This document shows positions 19,053 through 31,400 of a stretch of DNA of 64,000 bases, piece after piece; within the stretch, counting starts at the first letter, position 1; every line of letters begins with the position of its first letter. The notes under the pieces were generated by a model, which had not been told where the DNA came from, did no database searches, and saw only the letters and a program-made list of their open reading frames with translations. Made by a program: the position numbers and the translations under genes. The DNA lies in the NCBI GenBank assembly GCA_035509615.1, contig DATJLK010000098.1, forward strand, positions 5,314 through 69,313, read 5' to 3'. The DNA is from Stellaceae bacterium (GTDB taxonomy: Bacteria; Pseudomonadota; Alphaproteobacteria; ATCC43930; CGMCC-115725).

Positions 19053-22000
19053 ATGAATGACGATCGGCTTGTCGAGGACATTTATAATCTGACACCGCTG
19101 CAACAGGGAATGCTGTTTCACGGCTTGTACACGCCGGATTCAAGCGCGTACTGGGAGCAGTTGTGCCTAACGCTCTGCGGTGACCTTGACCCGGTCGCAT
19201 TCCGCTACAGCTGGCAGGATGTCGTCGCCCGTCATCCGGCGCTACGGACGCATTTTCATTGGGAGGAATTGGACGAGCCGTTGCAGGTCGTGCAGTCCGA
19301 AGTCAGATTGGCTTGGCACGAAGAGGATTGGCGGTCCCTTTCACCTTCCGCGTTCGACATTCGCTTGCGAGAGTTGCTTGATGCGGATCGCCAGTGCGGG
19401 TTTGACTTTGGTAAGCCACCATTGATGCGGTTCTATTTGATCCAGGGACCGGGTGACAGTTTCACCTTTATCTGGGGTCACCATCATATCCTGCTCGATG
19501 GCTGGAGTGGGGCGATTGTTTTTCTCGACTTGGCGGCTTTCTATGAAGCGCGCTGCCAAGGAGAGGTCGCTCGGCTACCGCGCCCCCGGCCGTTCCGAGA
19601 TTATATCCTATGGCTGCAGGATCAGGACGACCAGCCTTCCCGAACTTTTTGGCGCAGCCATCTGCAGCAAATACCCGGCCCCGCCAAGGTTCAGGTAGGC
19701 GAACTGATCAGCGGTGCTAAGCCAATACCGCAGCGATATCGCCAACAAGCGCGAACCTTATCGAAATCGGCGACCGACTGCTTGCAATCGTTCCTGCGGC
19801 GCAATCGGCTGACCTTGAACGCGGTTATTCAGGGCGCGTGGTCGCTGCTATTGAGTCATTACAGCGGCGAGTTCGACGTTGTATTCGGCACCGTGGTCTC
19901 CGGCCGGTCGCCGGACCTGCATGGCGCCGAACACATGGTTGGGTTGTTGATCAATACCATACCGGTTCGCGTCGTACTCGATCCCGCCGCAGAAGTGCAG
20001 CCATGGCTGCACAACCTGCAAGCGGCGCAAGTAGAGCGTGGCCGGCATGCCCATTTATCGCTGGCTGAAATCCTGTCCTGCAGTGGGCTTCCGCCGGACA
20101 TTCCCTTGTTCGAGACCATTCTGTCGGTCGAGAACTATCCGGTCGGCGCCTTGTCAGATCAATATCCATCGACGTTCCGCATCGAACGTCTGGAAGCCTT
20201 CGAGCAGACCAACTATCCGCTCGCCGTTGTCGTCTCGCCCGACGATGGCGGGATAGTGCTGAAAATCACCGCCGATGCAGACCGCTTTGCTAGAGAAACC
20301 GTGGAGCGGATGCTAATCCATTTTGCCAACTTGATAGTTGGGATCGCCGAACGGCCGGCGGCAAGGCTCGTCGATCTAGCACTTGAACCTGCCGTCAACC
20401 TCCCATTGCAACCGGGCACGTCGTACGCGCCGGAGCGGCGATCGGACGGCGCCGGCATTCATCGTTGTTTCGAATGGCAGGCGCAACAGACTCCTCAGGC
20501 GACAGCCGTTATCAGCGAAACGGGGAGTCTCTCGTATGGCGAACTGAATGAACGGGCCAATCGGCTGGCAAGATACCTGCAGGATCAGGGAACCGGTCCG
20601 GATGACTTGGTTGGCATCTGTGCCAATCGCTCTCTTGAGATGGTCGTGGCGCTGCTTGGTGTGCTGAAATCCGGGGGCGCCTACGTCCCTCTTGATCCCG
20701 GTTATCCCGTCGAGCGACTGCGCTTCATGCTAGCCGATGCTGGACTCTCGCTGGTGCTGACGGACCCTTCGCTTCCGGTAGCACTGGGCGAAGAATTGAC
20801 GACTGGGTCGCCATTGGCAACCCGCCTCGTGGACCTTAAACGCCATAAACACCTGTTCGCCGGTTATGCCGCGGATAACATTCGCGGCGATTCGACGACC
20901 GCCGAGGACCTGGCTTACGTAATTTACACATCGGGATCAACCGGCCGTCCCAAGGGGGTCATGATCACACATGGCGCCTTGTTGAATCATATGCACTGGA
21001 TGATCGGCGAGTTTTCCTTTCATGACCCGGTGCGCGTGTTGCAAAAGACTCCCTTCAGCTTCGATGCTTCCGTCTGGGAGTTCTTCCTGCCGCTGATGTG
21101 TGGCGGGACGCTGGTGCTGGCCAAGCCAGACGGACACCAGGATTTGGATTACTTGGTAGACATTATCCGCGCACGCCAGATCTCGGTGCTGCAAGGGGTC
21201 CCATCGTTTCTGGAATTGTTGGTTGCACACGAAGGGTTCGGCGCATGCACCTCCCTGACGCATGTCTTCAGCGGCGGAGAAATCCTGACCGAATCTCTGC
21301 GGCAGCGGTTACAGGCGCGCATCTCGGCCGTATTTTGTAATTTATATGGCCCAACGGAAACTTGTATCGACGCCACCTTTCATGTTTGTCCGGCCGATGG
21401 CAATCCGGCGACAAACGACCGCGTCCCGATTGGCCGACCGATCGCGAATGCATTCGTTAGTGTCCGTGACGCGTGGGGTCACATAGCGCCGCTGGATGTC
21501 GCCGGCGAACTGTGGATTGGCGGTCAGGGACTGGCTCGCGGCTATTGGAACCGACCCGAACTAACCGAAGAAAAATTCGTCCTGGACCCGGCCGGCAGTG
21601 GCCGCGTGTACCGGACAGGCGATTTGGTGCAACGCCGGTCCGACGGCACCCTGCAGTTTCTCGGGCGGCTCGACCAACAAGTGAAACTGCGGGGCTACCG
21701 GATCGAACTTGGTGAAATCGAAGCGGTTCTCGAACAGCATCCCGCTGTCGGCCGCGCCATTGTCGTGGTCGGTAAAGACCACTCGGACCGCTCGTATCTG
21801 GTGGCCTACATCATGCCGTCCGGCGACCGGGAGGGCATCGAGGCTAAGGTCTGCGAAACCATGAGGCAGATGCTGCCGAGCTACATGATCCCCGTCAATT
21901 GCGTGGTCGTGGACAATTTCCCGCAAACTCCAAACGGGAAGGTGGACCGTCGCCAATTGTCGACCTGGCAGCCTCCATCCGCGTTATCCAACGGCTACAT

Positions 22001-22298
22001 TGCACCGGGATCGGAGACAGAACAACAAGTCGCGGCGATTTGGGAGCAAGTCTTGAACCTGAAAGAGATCGGCGTCCACGACAACTTTTTCCAACTGGGC
22101 GGGCATTCTCTCACAGCCATGCAAGTGCTCTCGCGCATCCGCGATGTGTTCCAGATCAAGCTTTCACTGCGCATGTTGTTCGATCTGCCGACCGTGTCCG
22201 AGTTGGCCCGACGGATCGAAACGCATCAAACCGCGCATTTCGCCTCACACACCTCTGGCGCCGAGGATGGGGACGAAATTGAGGAAATATCGATATGA
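19053..22298 (+). CDS. NRPS, single module: C(DCL-type)-A(Gln)-T
   Basis: The N-terminus VEDIYNLTPLQQGMLFH and HHILLDGWS are typical of C domains that accept a D-configured donor after an E domain. A-domain motifs YTSGSTGRPKG and NLYGPTETCIDAT are present, with T-domain LGGHSL. The acidic C-terminal tail is GAEDGDEIEEISI. The stop overlaps the next start (ATGA at 22295-22298). Confidence 0.93.
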   Translation: MNDDRLVEDIYNLTPLQQGMLFHGLYTPDSSAYWEQLCLTLCGDLDPVAFRYSWQDVVARHPALRTHFHWEELDEPLQVVQSEVRLAWHEEDWRSLSPSAFDIRLRELLDADRQCGFDFGKPPLMRFYLIQGPGDSFTFIWGHHHILLDGWSGAIVFLDLAAFYEARCQGEVARLPRPRPFRDYILWLQDQDDQPSRTFWRSHLQQIPGPAKVQVGELISGAKPIPQRYRQQARTLSKSATDCLQSFLRRNRLTLNAVIQGAWSLLLSHYSGEFDVVFGTVVSGRSPDLHGAEHMVGLLINTIPVRVVLDPAAEVQPWLHNLQAAQVERGRHAHLSLAEILSCSGLPPDIPLFETILSVENYPVGALSDQYPSTFRIERLEAFEQTNYPLAVVVSPDDGGIVLKITADADRFARETVERMLIHFANLIVGIAERPAARLVDLALEPAVNLPLQPGTSYAPERRSDGAGIHRCFEWQAQQTPQATAVISETGSLSYGELNERANRLARYLQDQGTGPDDLVGICANRSLEMVVALLGVLKSGGAYVPLDPGYPVERLRFMLADAGLSLVLTDPSLPVALGEELTTGSPLATRLVDLKRHKHLFAGYAADNIRGDSTTAEDLAYVIYTSGSTGRPKGVMITHGALLNHMHWMIGEFSFHDPVRVLQKTPFSFDASVWEFFLPLMCGGTLVLAKPDGHQDLDYLVDIIRARQISVLQGVPSFLELLVAHEGFGACTSLTHVFSGGEILTESLRQRLQARISAVFCNLYGPTETCIDATFHVCPADGNPATNDRVPIGRPIANAFVSVRDAWGHIAPLDVAGELWIGGQGLARGYWNRPELTEEKFVLDPAGSGRVYRTGDLVQRRSDGTLQFLGRLDQQVKLRGYRIELGEIEAVLEQHPAVGRAIVVVGKDHSDRSYLVAYIMPSGDREGIEAKVCETMRQMLPSYMIPVNCVVVDNFPQTPNGKVDRRQLSTWQPPSALSNGYIAPGSETEQQVAAIWEQVLNLKEIGVHDNFFQLGGHSLTAMQVLSRIRDVFQIKLSLRMLFDLPTVSELARRIETHQTAHFASHTSGAEDGDEIEEISI
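20455..21960 (+). other. A domain, module 5, Gln code
   Basis: FDASVWE / VLQGVPS / VFSGGEI / NLYGPTETCIDAT gives D-A-W-Q-F-G-L-I-D, identical to the module-3 code. Confidence 0.6.
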
Positions 22299-22453
22299 AG
22301 TCAGTCGACGACTTTCTGGCGGAGCTAGGGGGCGCCGGTGTCCAGGTCTCGGTCGACGGCGACAACCTGCGGTGCCGCGCGCCAAAGGGACGACTCACAC
22401 CTGAACTGCGTCGCGAAATTACGCTGCGCAAAGCGGAAATTCTCCAGACCCTC
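22295..22453 (+). other. TubC-type N-terminal NRPS docking domain
   Basis: MKSVDDFLAELGGAGVQVSVDGDNLRCRAPKGRLTPELRREITLRKAEILQTL matches the pattern LxxLxxxGVxLxxxGdxLrxxAPkGxLTPELrxxixxxKaELLxxL of TubC-like docking domains. Confidence 0.7.
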
Positions 22454-25400
22454 GGATCGCCGAAGGCCGCATGGCCCGAACCCGACGGACACATCCGGCG
22501 GGCCGGTCGCGATTGCCACTTGCCTCTGTCTTCGGCGCAGCAGCGGCTGTGGTTTCTCGCCCAATACGAAGGCGAAAGCTCCGCCTATTCGATACCCACC
22601 GCCCTCCGTCTCAGGGGCGAATTGGAAATCAGCGCACTGCGCAAAAGCATCAACCAAATTGTCGAACGACACGAGGTCCTGCGAACGGTTTTTCCAGCCA
22701 AGGACGGTCTGCCACTGCAACGAATTCTTGCTGTCGCCCCGGTGGAAATTCCGGTTTACGATCTGCCGACGGCTGGCGGCGACCAGCAGCTCGATAAGAT
22801 TCAGCACTGGATCGCGGCAGAAACGGCCCGGGCTTTCGACCTTTTCGCCGGGCCATTGTTGCGCGTCAAGTTGTTCCGGCTCGCCGCTGACGATCATGTC
22901 CTGCTGGTGATCACCCATCACATTATCTCCGACGCTTGGTCAGTTGGCGTCTTCACCCGCGAGTTTTCTGAACTGTACAGCGCCGCATGTTTGCATCGTG
23001 CGCCGTCACTCCCTGCACTCGAGATCCAATACGCCGATTTTGCAGTCTGGCAGAGTGAACGTCTCGATAGCGGCGTCTACGACGAGCAGCTCAAATATTG
23101 GGAAAAGCAGCTGCGGGGAGCACCTCCGCTGCTGCAGCTTCCCTGGGACCGCCCGCGTCCCGCCACTCAAACGCACCGCGGGGGAACTCGGTTATTTCAA
23201 TTCGGCGAGACCCTGACCTCGAGGCTGAAGGAATTCAGCCGCCAGAACCGCTGCAGTATCTTTATGACGCTGCTGGCCGGGTTCTCGGCTCTGCTCGCGC
23301 GATACAGCGGTCAAGACCAAGTGGTCGTCGGGTCCCCGATCGCCAACCGAGGTCAGAGTCAGCTCGAGCCTTTGATCGGTTTTTTTGTCAATACCCTGGC
23401 GCTGCGCGTCGACCTGTCGGACGATCCTTCGTTCCTGGAGCTGGTGGCGCGAACAAAGCACCTGGCACTCGAGGCCTTTGCTAATCAAGACGCACCCTTT
23501 GAAGACCTGGTGGAGAAGCTGCAACCGGAGCGCAGCCTCAGCTATATGCCGCTCTTTCAGGTGATGTTTGTACTGCAGAATGCACCGATATCGGAACTGG
23601 CGCTGCCGGGGCTGACCGCGTCGTTGCTGGATATCTCCCGCGATACGACGAAATTCGATCTCACACTGGTCATCGACGATGATGGTAGTCGGCTGAGGGG
23701 ATCATTCGAATACAGCGCCGACCTATTTGACGCTTCAACGATCCAGCGGATGGCCGGACATTTCGAAAACCTGCTCGACCGGATGACGCGGGAGCCCGGC
23801 ATTCGTGTTTCTGAACTGGATTTTCTGAGTGGGGACGAAGTCGAACTGCTGCTGCACAGTTGGAATGACACTGCGATCGACTTTCCGTGCGACGCGTGCA
23901 TTCAACAACTGTTCGAATATAAAGCGGCCGAAACACCCGCGGCCATCGCATTGGTGTTCCAGGATCAACAGCTGACGTATGCTGAATTGAACAGCCGCGC
24001 CAACCGGTTGGCGGGTCATCTGATCGCGCTCGGGGTCAGGCCCGACGCCCGCGTCGCCGTCGCGGTGGAACGCAGTCTCGAGATGGTTGTAGCACTACTG
24101 GCCACGCTCAAGGCGGGTGGTGCCTATGTGCCGCTCGATCCTGCCTATCCAGCCGAACGCCTGGCCTTTATGATCGCCGACAGCGCTCCTCACGTGCTGC
24201 TCACCCAGCAAGCAGTGCTGCCCGGCCTCGGCGAACTGCCCGATACGCTGCCGGTTCTCGCCCTCGATGCCAGTGCGCCCGCCTGGGCCGCCTTACCGGA
24301 CACCAACCCGCAGCCCGCAACACTTGGGCTGACTTCCGCAAACCTCGCCTACGTTATCTACACCTCAGGCTCCACGGGCACGCCAAAAGGCGTCATGGTC
24401 GAGCACGCGAATGTCGTCCGCTTGTTTGCATCGACCGCATCGCTCTTTCAGTTCAATGCCGATGACGTTTGGACGCTATTTCACTCTTATGCGTTCGATT
24501 TCTCCGTCTGGGAACTCTGGGGAGCCTTGCTGTATGGCGGACGGCTCATCGTCATCCCCCATTTCCTCGCGCGCTCACCACGAGATTTCTATCACCTACT
24601 TTGTGAACAAGGCGTCAGCGTCCTCAATCAAACGCCGAGTGCGTTCCGGCAGCTCATGGCCGCGCAAGCCGAAACTCCGCAGGTTCAACACCGCTTGCGA
24701 CATGTCATTTTCGGCGGGGAAGCGCTTGAGATAGCTAGCCTGAAGGCCTGGTACGCCAGGAACGACGCGAGCAAGACCAATCTCGTCAACATGTACGGCA
24801 TTACCGAAACGACCGTTCATGCGACCTATCGTGTGCTTCAGCCGCATGACACCCAATCTCGTTATGGCAGCCCGATCGGTGTGCCTCTTGCCGATCTTCG
24901 CATCTATCTTTTGGATAAACATGGGGCGCCGGCGCCGCTGGGTGTTGCGGGGGAGATCTACGTCGCCGGCGCCGGTGTGGCGCGCGGTTATATGAACCGG
25001 CCTGAGTTGACGGCGGAGCGCTTTCTGACCGATCCGTTCGCGGTCGAGGCGGGCACTGCCGGAAGGCGGATGTATCGCACCGGCGATCTGGGACGCCGGC
25101 TTGCTGACGGCACGATCGAATTCCTCGGCCGTAACGACCATCAGGTCAAGATCCGCGGATTCCGCATCGAAGTCGGCGAGATCGAGGCCCGGCTGTTGGA
25201 CTATCCGGGGATGGACGAGGTCGTCGTGCTGGCGCGCGAGGACCATCCCGGCGAAAAACGGCTGGCAGCTTATTTCACCGGCGCGCCGGAGGTCACCGCC
25301 GCCGACCTGCGCCGCCACCTGGCGCTCGCGCTGCCGGACTACATGATGCCCGCCGCCTATGTCCGGCTCGATGCCCTGCCGCTCACCCCGAACGGCAAGC

Positions 25401-28400
25401 TCGACCGCGGCGCTCTTCCAGCACCTGGTGAGAGCGCCTTTGACAAACCCGGCTACGCGGCCCCGGAGGGACCGGTCGAGACCGCGCTCGCTGCCATCTG
25501 GGCCGGTCTGCTGCGTATCCAAGGCGTGGGGCGCCACGACAACTTTTTCGAACTCGGCGGGCATTCGCTAATGGCCATCCAAATGGTCTCGCGGATCCGC
25601 GACCGCTGTGGCTGCGAATTAACGGTTCGTGAAGTGTTCGAATCACCGACAATTGCCGGGATGGCTGCCCATCTCGACCTGCGTCAGAAGAACACCAAAT
25701 CGACATCCCGCCCTCCACCCATTTACCGCCTTGAGCATGACGGCCCGCTGCCGCTTTCACTGGCGCAAGAACGCCTGTGGTTTCTCGACCAGCTTGAGCC
25801 GGGAAATGCGTTCTACAACATTCCGTTCGCTTTTCGCTGCACGGGTCATCTCGACATCCCCGCGCTGGAACGGACGATCAACGAAGTAATCCGGCGGCAT
25901 GCGTCGCTGCGTACGACCTTTTCCGAGATCGACGGCAAGCCATTTCAGAAGATTCACGAAAACTTTGACATCGCACTTGCCCGCCAGACTCTGAGCCATC
26001 TTGAAGCAGACCGACGCGAAGCGGAAGCCCGGCGATTGGCTCTTGCAGAAGCGCTAAAACCATTCTGCCTCAAAAGCGGACCGTTGGTTCGCGCCACGTT
26101 GATCGAGATGGCGCCGCGCGACTATGCCTTGCTGCTGACGATCCATCACATCGTCGCCGACGGCTGGTCAATCGGCGTTCTGGTGCGCGAACTCTCGCAG
26201 ATCTATCCGGCCCTTGTCCGCGGTGAACCCTCACCATTGCCGGATCTAGCAATCCAGTTTGCCGATTTCGCCGTCTGGCAACGCGCGTGGCTCGATGGCG
26301 AGAAATTGCAAGCGGAAATAGATTACTGGATACGGCAGTTGCAGGGCGCGCCTCAGGTTGTTGAGATCCCCGCCGATTTTCCTCGGCCGGCGGTTCAGAC
26401 CTTTCGCGGTGATACCAGCTCCTTTCATTTGCCGCGCGCGGCGACGGACCGCCTGAAGCTGCTCAGCGAGGCAGCCGACGCCAGCTTGTTTATGATGTTG
26501 TTAGCCGGTTTTGCAGCATTGCTGCGCCGGTACACTGGCGAAGACGAGTTTCTGATCGGTTCGCCGATCGCCAATCGGAATCAGGACGCGATCGAGCCAT
26601 TGATTGGCTTCTTCGTCAATACCCTCGCGTTGCGCGCGGATCTGACAGGCGATCCGGAGTTTTTGGAGCTTCTCAGGCGCGTGCGCCAGACGGCGCTCGA
26701 TGCCTATGCCCATCCGAACGTCCCGTTCGAATATCTCGTCGAGCGATTGCAGCCTGCTCGCGATATGCGCCGTAACCCGCTCGTGCAGGTCTCCTTTGTC
26801 TTCCAAAATACACCGTTTTCGGTCCCTCAAATCGAGGGCCTGGAAATGCGGCAAATGCCAGCCAAGACCGGCACCGCGCGTTTCGATTTGGAAGTCTTTC
26901 TGTGGGAAGAAGATGGCGGCTTGCGCGGCGAATTCGCCTACGGCACGGACCTGTTCGAAGCGGCGACGATCGCGCGACTGGTTGGTCATTTCGAGACGCT
27001 GTTGAGGGGGGTCGCGGACGACCCGCACCGCCCTGTCTCCGCCTTGCCGCTGCTTACAAAGGAAGAGCGCCGCCTGCTGCTTGTCGACTGGAATGCGACG
27101 GCTGCGGACTTTCCGCGCGAGAAATGCGTTCACGAGTTATTTGAAGAACAGGCCGCCCGCCACCCAAACGAAATTGCGGTTGCCTGTGGGAGGCATGCCT
27201 TAACGTATGAGGACCTTGATGCCCGCGCGAACCAGTTGGCGCGGCACCTGTCGACGTTGGGCGCGGGTCCGGGTGTTTTGATCGGGATTTGCCTGGAGCG
27301 AAGCCTCGACTTGGTGGTCGGAATTCTCGGCGTCCTCAAAGCCGGCGCGGCGTACGTCCCGCTGGATCCCAGCTATCCGCATGATCGACTTGCCTTCATG
27401 ATCGACGACGCGCGACTGGCGCTCCTGTTGACCGAAAGCAAGTTGCAGCCACGGTTGGCGGATCATCGGGCGCAGACATTGCGTCTGGACAGCATCTTTG
27501 AGTTGATCGCTCGGCAAAAAGCCACGAAGCCGGCTTCGATGGTCGGTCCGCGGGACTTGGCCTATGTCATCTACACATCCGGTTCGACCGGACGCCCGAA
27601 GGGCACACTGCTTGAACATCGCAACGTCGTCAATTACCTGGCCTGGGCGCGCGCCCGCTATGCAGTGGCGGAAGGCGCCGGTGCGCCGGTCAATTCTTCG
27701 ATCAGCTTCGACGCGACAGTGACCAGTCTGATCACCCCGCTCGTTTCTGGACGTCGCGTCGAACTGCTGCCGGAACAAGACGAAATCGAACATCTTTGTG
27801 CTGCGCTGAGGTCGGAACGGGACTTCAGCCTGGTGAAGATCACGCCCGCCCATCTCGATATGCTCAGCCGTCTCCTAGGCGAGATTCCGTTCACTGGACG
27901 GACACGGGCGTTCATCCTCGGCGGCGAAGCGCTGACGGCGGACCATATCGCCTATTGGCGCAAATTCGCGCCAGACCTGTGCTTGATCAACGAATACGGA
28001 CCGACGGAGACGGCAGTCGGCTGCTGTGTGTACGAGGTTCCGCGGGAAGCGCCGATTTCCCAAACCGTCCCGATCGGGCGGCCGATCGCAAACACACAAC
28101 TTTACGTTCTCGACGAGCATCTTCAACCCGTCCCTGTCGGCGTTCCCGGGGAGCTTTTCATCGGGGGAGCCGGTGTTGGACGCGGCTATCTTCATCGCGA
28201 AGAGCTGACGGCCGAGCGTTTTATTGCTGATCCGTTTTCGCCGCAGCCGGACGCACGCCTCTACCGGACGGGCGATCGCGCTCGCTTCCTGGTCGACGGC
28301 AATCTCGAATTCCTCGGCCGCCTGGATTCACAAGTAAAACTGCGTGGCTACCGGATTGAAACTGGCGAAATCGAGCGCGTACTCGCGGACAACCCCTCGG

Positions 28401-31400
28401 TCGACAAGGTCATGGTGGTGGTGCGCCATGATCAGCCCGGTGACGCAAGGCTGGTCGCTTATTTGGTACCGAGGGTTGCGCCTGCCGATGCGGCCGTCGA
28501 CGCAACCGCCGCAACCGATGCCGTCGACCACGAGCAGGTGACGCAATGGCAACACGTGTTTGCCAACAGCTACGCCGGTTCACAAAGCGCCGACGATTTG
28601 ACGTTCGACATCGCCGGCTGGAACAGCAGTTATACCGGGGCACCGATCCCGGCTGATGAAATGCGCGAATGGGTCGAGCAAACAGTGCATCGCATTCGCT
28701 CCTATCGTCCGCGCCGCATTTGGGAAATTGGCTGTGGCACCGGCTTGTTGCTGTCACGGTTGGCGCCGTACGCCGCATCCTACTTGGGAACCGACTTCTC
28801 GGAGACCGCGCTTCGCCGCGTACGGCAGATGATCGAAGGGAACCCTGATTTTGCAACTGCGCGAGTATTGCATCGCGCCGCCGATGATTTCACGGACGTT
28901 GCAGGGCCGTTCGACACGATTGTTCTCAACTCGGTCATTCAATATTTCCCAGGCATCGACTACCTGCTGGCCGTACTGGACGAAGCCGCGAAACGGCTCG
29001 CGCCGGGGGGGCGAATATTTCTCGGAGATGTGCGCTGTTTGCCGCTGTTGGAAATGTTTCATGCCTCGGTAGAGGCCTATCGGGCTTCCGATACTTCGCC
29101 AGTGTCGGGGATCAGACAACGTATCCACGAACGCATGTCACGAGAAGAAGAACTGTTGCTGGATCCGCAATTCTTTTTCGCATTGAAATCACGATATCCA
29201 GGCCTGACCCACACTGAGGCGAACCTCAAGCGCGGAAAGCATTGCAATGAATTGCTGCGCTTCCGCTTTGATGCCACGTTGCATTTTGATCCGACCGCCT
29301 CCGCGCCAGCTGAGGTCACGTGGCACGACTGGAGCACCGGCGAATTTTCCCTGTCCGGGCTGCGCGAGCTTCTGGATGGGCAGAAGCCGGCAGTGTTCGC
29401 CCTGCGCGGTTTGCCGAACGCGCGTCTGAGTCACGACGTGATCTTTCTGCAGGAATTGCGCTCCGCGGCAGGCGCGCTCTCCTTAGGGCAATTGATGCGA
29501 CGGATGCACACAGCGCCCATGGCCGATGTGGATCCCGAGCATCTGTGGGCCCTCGGCGCGGAACTGGGCTATCACGTCGAAATTGCCGTCTCCGAGGAGC
29601 CGTCCCAATTTGATGTGATCTTTAAGCGGAAAGGCGCAGAAGCGGATGCGACGGTTTCACAGCCAATCTCGGTCCGCGCTTTCATTGAGCCGCCAAAACC
29701 TTGGCGGCGCTATGCCAACGATCCGCTCCGCTCGCGGCGCCATCAGCGCCTTGCGCAGGAGCTGCGCGTGCTGGCCGAGTCGAAACTTCCCGACTACATG
29801 GTCCCCTCCGCTTTTGTGATGCTGCGAGAATTCCCGCTGACGTCCAACGGGAAGGTCGACCGCGAAGCACTTCCGCCGCCGTCCGTCCGGCCGGCGGACG
29901 AAAAGCTGATTGCGCCCCTGACCCCGGACGAAGAAGTGTTGGCCGCCATTTGGGCGGACGTTCTGGGGCTCGATCGTGTCGGCACGCATGATGATTTCTT
30001 TGCATTGGGTGGCCATTCGCTGCTGGCCACGCAAGTGATCTCGCGAGTCCGCGAAGCCTTCGCTGTCGAACTGCAGGTCCGCACGATCTTCCAAGCGCCC
30101 ACGATTTCCGGCTTGGCGCAGCGCATCGTGGATCTGCGCGCGACGGCCGCCAACATGCCGCCCGCATCTCCCCTTGAACCCCAACCACGCGGCGATCACG
30201 TTCCGTGTTCTTTTGCCCAGGAGCGCCTTTGGCTTCTCGATCGCCTGGAGGAAAAATCTCCGGCCTACAATATCGCGTCAACGATCCGGCTTAGCGGAGC
30301 GCTGAACGTCGACGGGCTGCGGTGTAGTTTACAGATGCTGGTCGATCGTCACGAAGCGCTGCGAACCACTTTTCCGGCAACGCCCGACGGAGAGCCTCGG
30401 CAATACGTTGCCGCTCAGGTGGATTTCCAGTTGCCAGTGATTGATATTGAGCATTTTGCGGAAAATGCCCAGCTCGAACAACTGCAAACCGTGAGCGCGG
30501 AAGTGCATCAGTGTCGTTTCGACCTGCAGCGCGGCCCGCTGCTGCGCGCCGTCCTGGTGCGCCGGAACGAGCACGAGCACGTTCTTTTCATGTGCATGCA
30601 CCACATCATCTCGGATGGCTGGTCGATCGGGGTGCTGAACAGCGAACTCGCGGAATTGTACACGGCGTTTGTCGAGGCGCGCGCGCACCGCCTGAACCCG
30701 CTGCCCGTGCAATACGCCGATTATGCGATTTGGCAGCGCAATTGGCTGCATGGCGACGTACTGCAATCGCAGGTCGCCTACTGGAAAGCGCAATTGGCGG
30801 GGGCGCCACCCGTGTTGGAATTGCCAACCGATTTTCCGCGTCCGGCGGTGCAGAGTTTCCAAGGTGAGATGGAAACTTTCGAGTTGGATCGAGCGCTGAC
30901 CGATGGGTTGGACGCGCTCAGCCGCCGACACGGCGTCAGCCTTTACATGATACTGCTGTCGGTGTTTGCCGTGCTGCTTTCCCGATACAGCCGGCAAAAG
31001 AATTTAGTGATCGGTTCACCGATCGCTGGCCGCCGCAACCGTGAAATCGAGTCCGTGGTTGGCTTTTTTGTCAATACACTGGCGCTTCGCATTGATCTGG
31101 AGGGCGATCCGGGGTTCACGCAACTGCTCGCGCAAGTTCGCAAATCTGCGCTCGATGCCTACGCGCATCAGGACGTGCCCTTCGAACATCTGGTGCAAGA
31201 GCTTCACCCCGAGCGCAGCTTGAGTCATGCGCCGATTTTTCAAGTCATGCTGATCCTACTGAATACTCCCTTGTCTCAAATCCATGTCCCCGACCTCACA
31301 TTGGCTCCGATGGAATCGAACACGGCGACGGCCAAATTCGACCTGACGCTGTGCTTTGGACCGGGCGAAGGCGGAATGTGGGGCTGGTTCGAGTACCGCA

